A stretch of 57,118 nt of DNA from a virus (lineage: Duplodnaviria; Caudoviricetes), in the IMG/VR virus record IMGVR_UViG_3300042934_001339, positions 1 to 57,118 of that record. One strand, written 5' to 3'. Made by a program: the position numbers and the translations under genes. The notes beneath the pieces were generated by a model. The model saw only the letters and a list, made by a program, of their open reading frames with translations, was not told the DNA's origin and searched no databases. Below are positions 56,155 to 57,118 of the stretch, piece by piece. Within the stretch, counting starts at the first letter, position 1. Every line of letters begins with the position of its first letter.

Positions 56155-57118
56155 TCGCGCTCTCCCGGTAATAAATCATCAAACTGCGTGGGTCCCGATG
56201 ACCGACCATACGTGCAAGCTCCAAGATGCTCAATTTCTTGGCCAGCCGCGTCAACGCCGTGGCCCTCGCATCATGGAACGTAGCGCCCTCCACCTCGGCC
56301 AACGTCTTGGCATGCCGGAAGTACACGTCGCGCAGCGCGCCAGTCAGCGTGAACATGCGCACCTTGTCGACATCTTTGAGGGCCTTGAACAGAGACACCG
56401 CCCGCTTAGACAGCGGCACGGCGCGCCGGTCGCCGTTCTTGGTCTGGTCCAGCTGAGCCACCTGCTTTTTCAGATCGACCTGCGTGCGCTCCAGAGACAG
56501 CAGCTCGCCCGAGCGCATGGCCGTCTCAAGGGACAGCAGGAACGCCACGGCAGTCTGGTGGCGCTTGTCCTCGACGGGCTTGCCCTCTTCCCACCCCAGC
56601 GCCAGCACGATGCGGTCGATCTCGTCCTGGGTGTAGATCCGCTCGCGATGGCGGCCCTTGGACGGCATGGTCAGCGCAAGCCAGGCGTCATCCTTGACGT
56701 TGTGCCATTCCTTCCTGGCGTAACCCCATGCGGCGCGCAGCAAAGCGATGTCGCGCCGGCACGAGGTTGGCTGCACCTGCGTCAGCCGCTTGTCCCGCCA
56801 GGCCGCCAGGTCGACCGTCGTGACGGTGTGGATGGGCTTGGCGCACAGGGTCGGCTCTTCCTTCAGGAAACGATCGATCCGGACCCGTTCCCACCGGTGG
56901 CCCTTGTTCTTGGGCGACACCTCATCGCGAAACCGCTCCAGCACCTGGGCCAGCGTCTTGACGACGATGCCGCCCACGGCCGTGGTCGCGAGCTCTGTTT
57001 CCCGGCTGGCCGCCCATTCCTGCGCCTCGCGCTTGGTGGCAAAAGTTTTGCTCTCGCGGGCGCCGCCCTTGCTCACCTCTGCGCGCCATGTGTCTCCGCG
57101 CTTGCGAAACGTACCCAT
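56129..57118 (-). CDS. int: Tyrosine recombinase (prophage integrase)
   Basis: ETAMRSGEL, TKNG..R.VPLS, FHDAR, VGH, YY catalytic motifs. Confidence 0.95.
   Translation of the reverse strand: MGTFRKRGDTWRAEVSKGGARESKTFATKREAQEWAASRETELATTAVGGIVVKTLAQVLERFRDEVSPKNKGHRWERVRIDRFLKEEPTLCAKPIHTVTTVDLAAWRDKRLTQVQPTSCRRDIALLRAAWGYARKEWHNVKDDAWLALTMPSKGRHRERIYTQDEIDRIVLALGWEEGKPVEDKRHQTAVAFLLSLETAMRSGELLSLERTQVDLKKQVAQLDQTKNGDRRAVPLSKRAVSLFKALKDVDKVRMFTLTGALRDVYFRHAKTLAEVEGATFHDARATALTRLAKKLSILELARMVGHRDPRSLMIYYRESASEIAAKLD

Larger units (their letters stand above)
1..57118. mobile_element. Temperate podovirus-like prophage (att sites not visible in the window)
   Basis: Full set of lysis, virion, packaging, replication, immunity, recombination and integration modules. 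Confidence 0.93.

Noticed and set aside
56129-57118. Shufflon (Rci-like) recombinase
   Set aside because: No sfx-like repeats found. Position with an excisionase fits an ordinary prophage integrase.
1-57118. tRNA/rRNA genes, IS elements, attL/attR
   Set aside because: None recognisable. The window ends at coding boundaries, so att sites probably lie outside it.

Overview
The window is essentially one temperate podovirus-type prophage from a high-GC host; an Alcaligenaceae/Burkholderiales-like host is an inference from composition and gene style. It runs from an SRAP gene at the left edge to the integrase start codon at the right edge. Order: (1) SRAP, a LexA-boxed small gene and a two-gene RexAB-like cassette; (2) minus-strand late operon with spanins, endolysin, a 3262-aa polyvalent ejection protein, two more ejection proteins, tail genes, holins, adaptors, N4-gp56-type capsid, scaffold, P22-like portal and terminases; (3) Q-like antiterminator with a pR'/tR'-like late control region; (4) replication/nin-like operon (RusA, DUF1376 initiator with iterons, C5 methylase) interrupted by antisense morons; (5) cro/cI switch with operators; (6) recombination operon (Cas4/RecB-like exonuclease, RecT-like, RdgC-FtsKgamma, SMC-like ATPase, DEDDh exonuclease); (7) excisionase, three membrane cargo genes and a tyrosine integrase. 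The most unusual signals are small alternative-frame genes with their own promoter/RBS/terminator nested inside the giant virion gene, a RexA-like plus 4TM candidate defence pair, a candidate LexA-controlled antirepressor, and a DDxxD prenyltransferase-like gene beside an ejection protein. All family calls come from motif recognition by eye; no searches were run.
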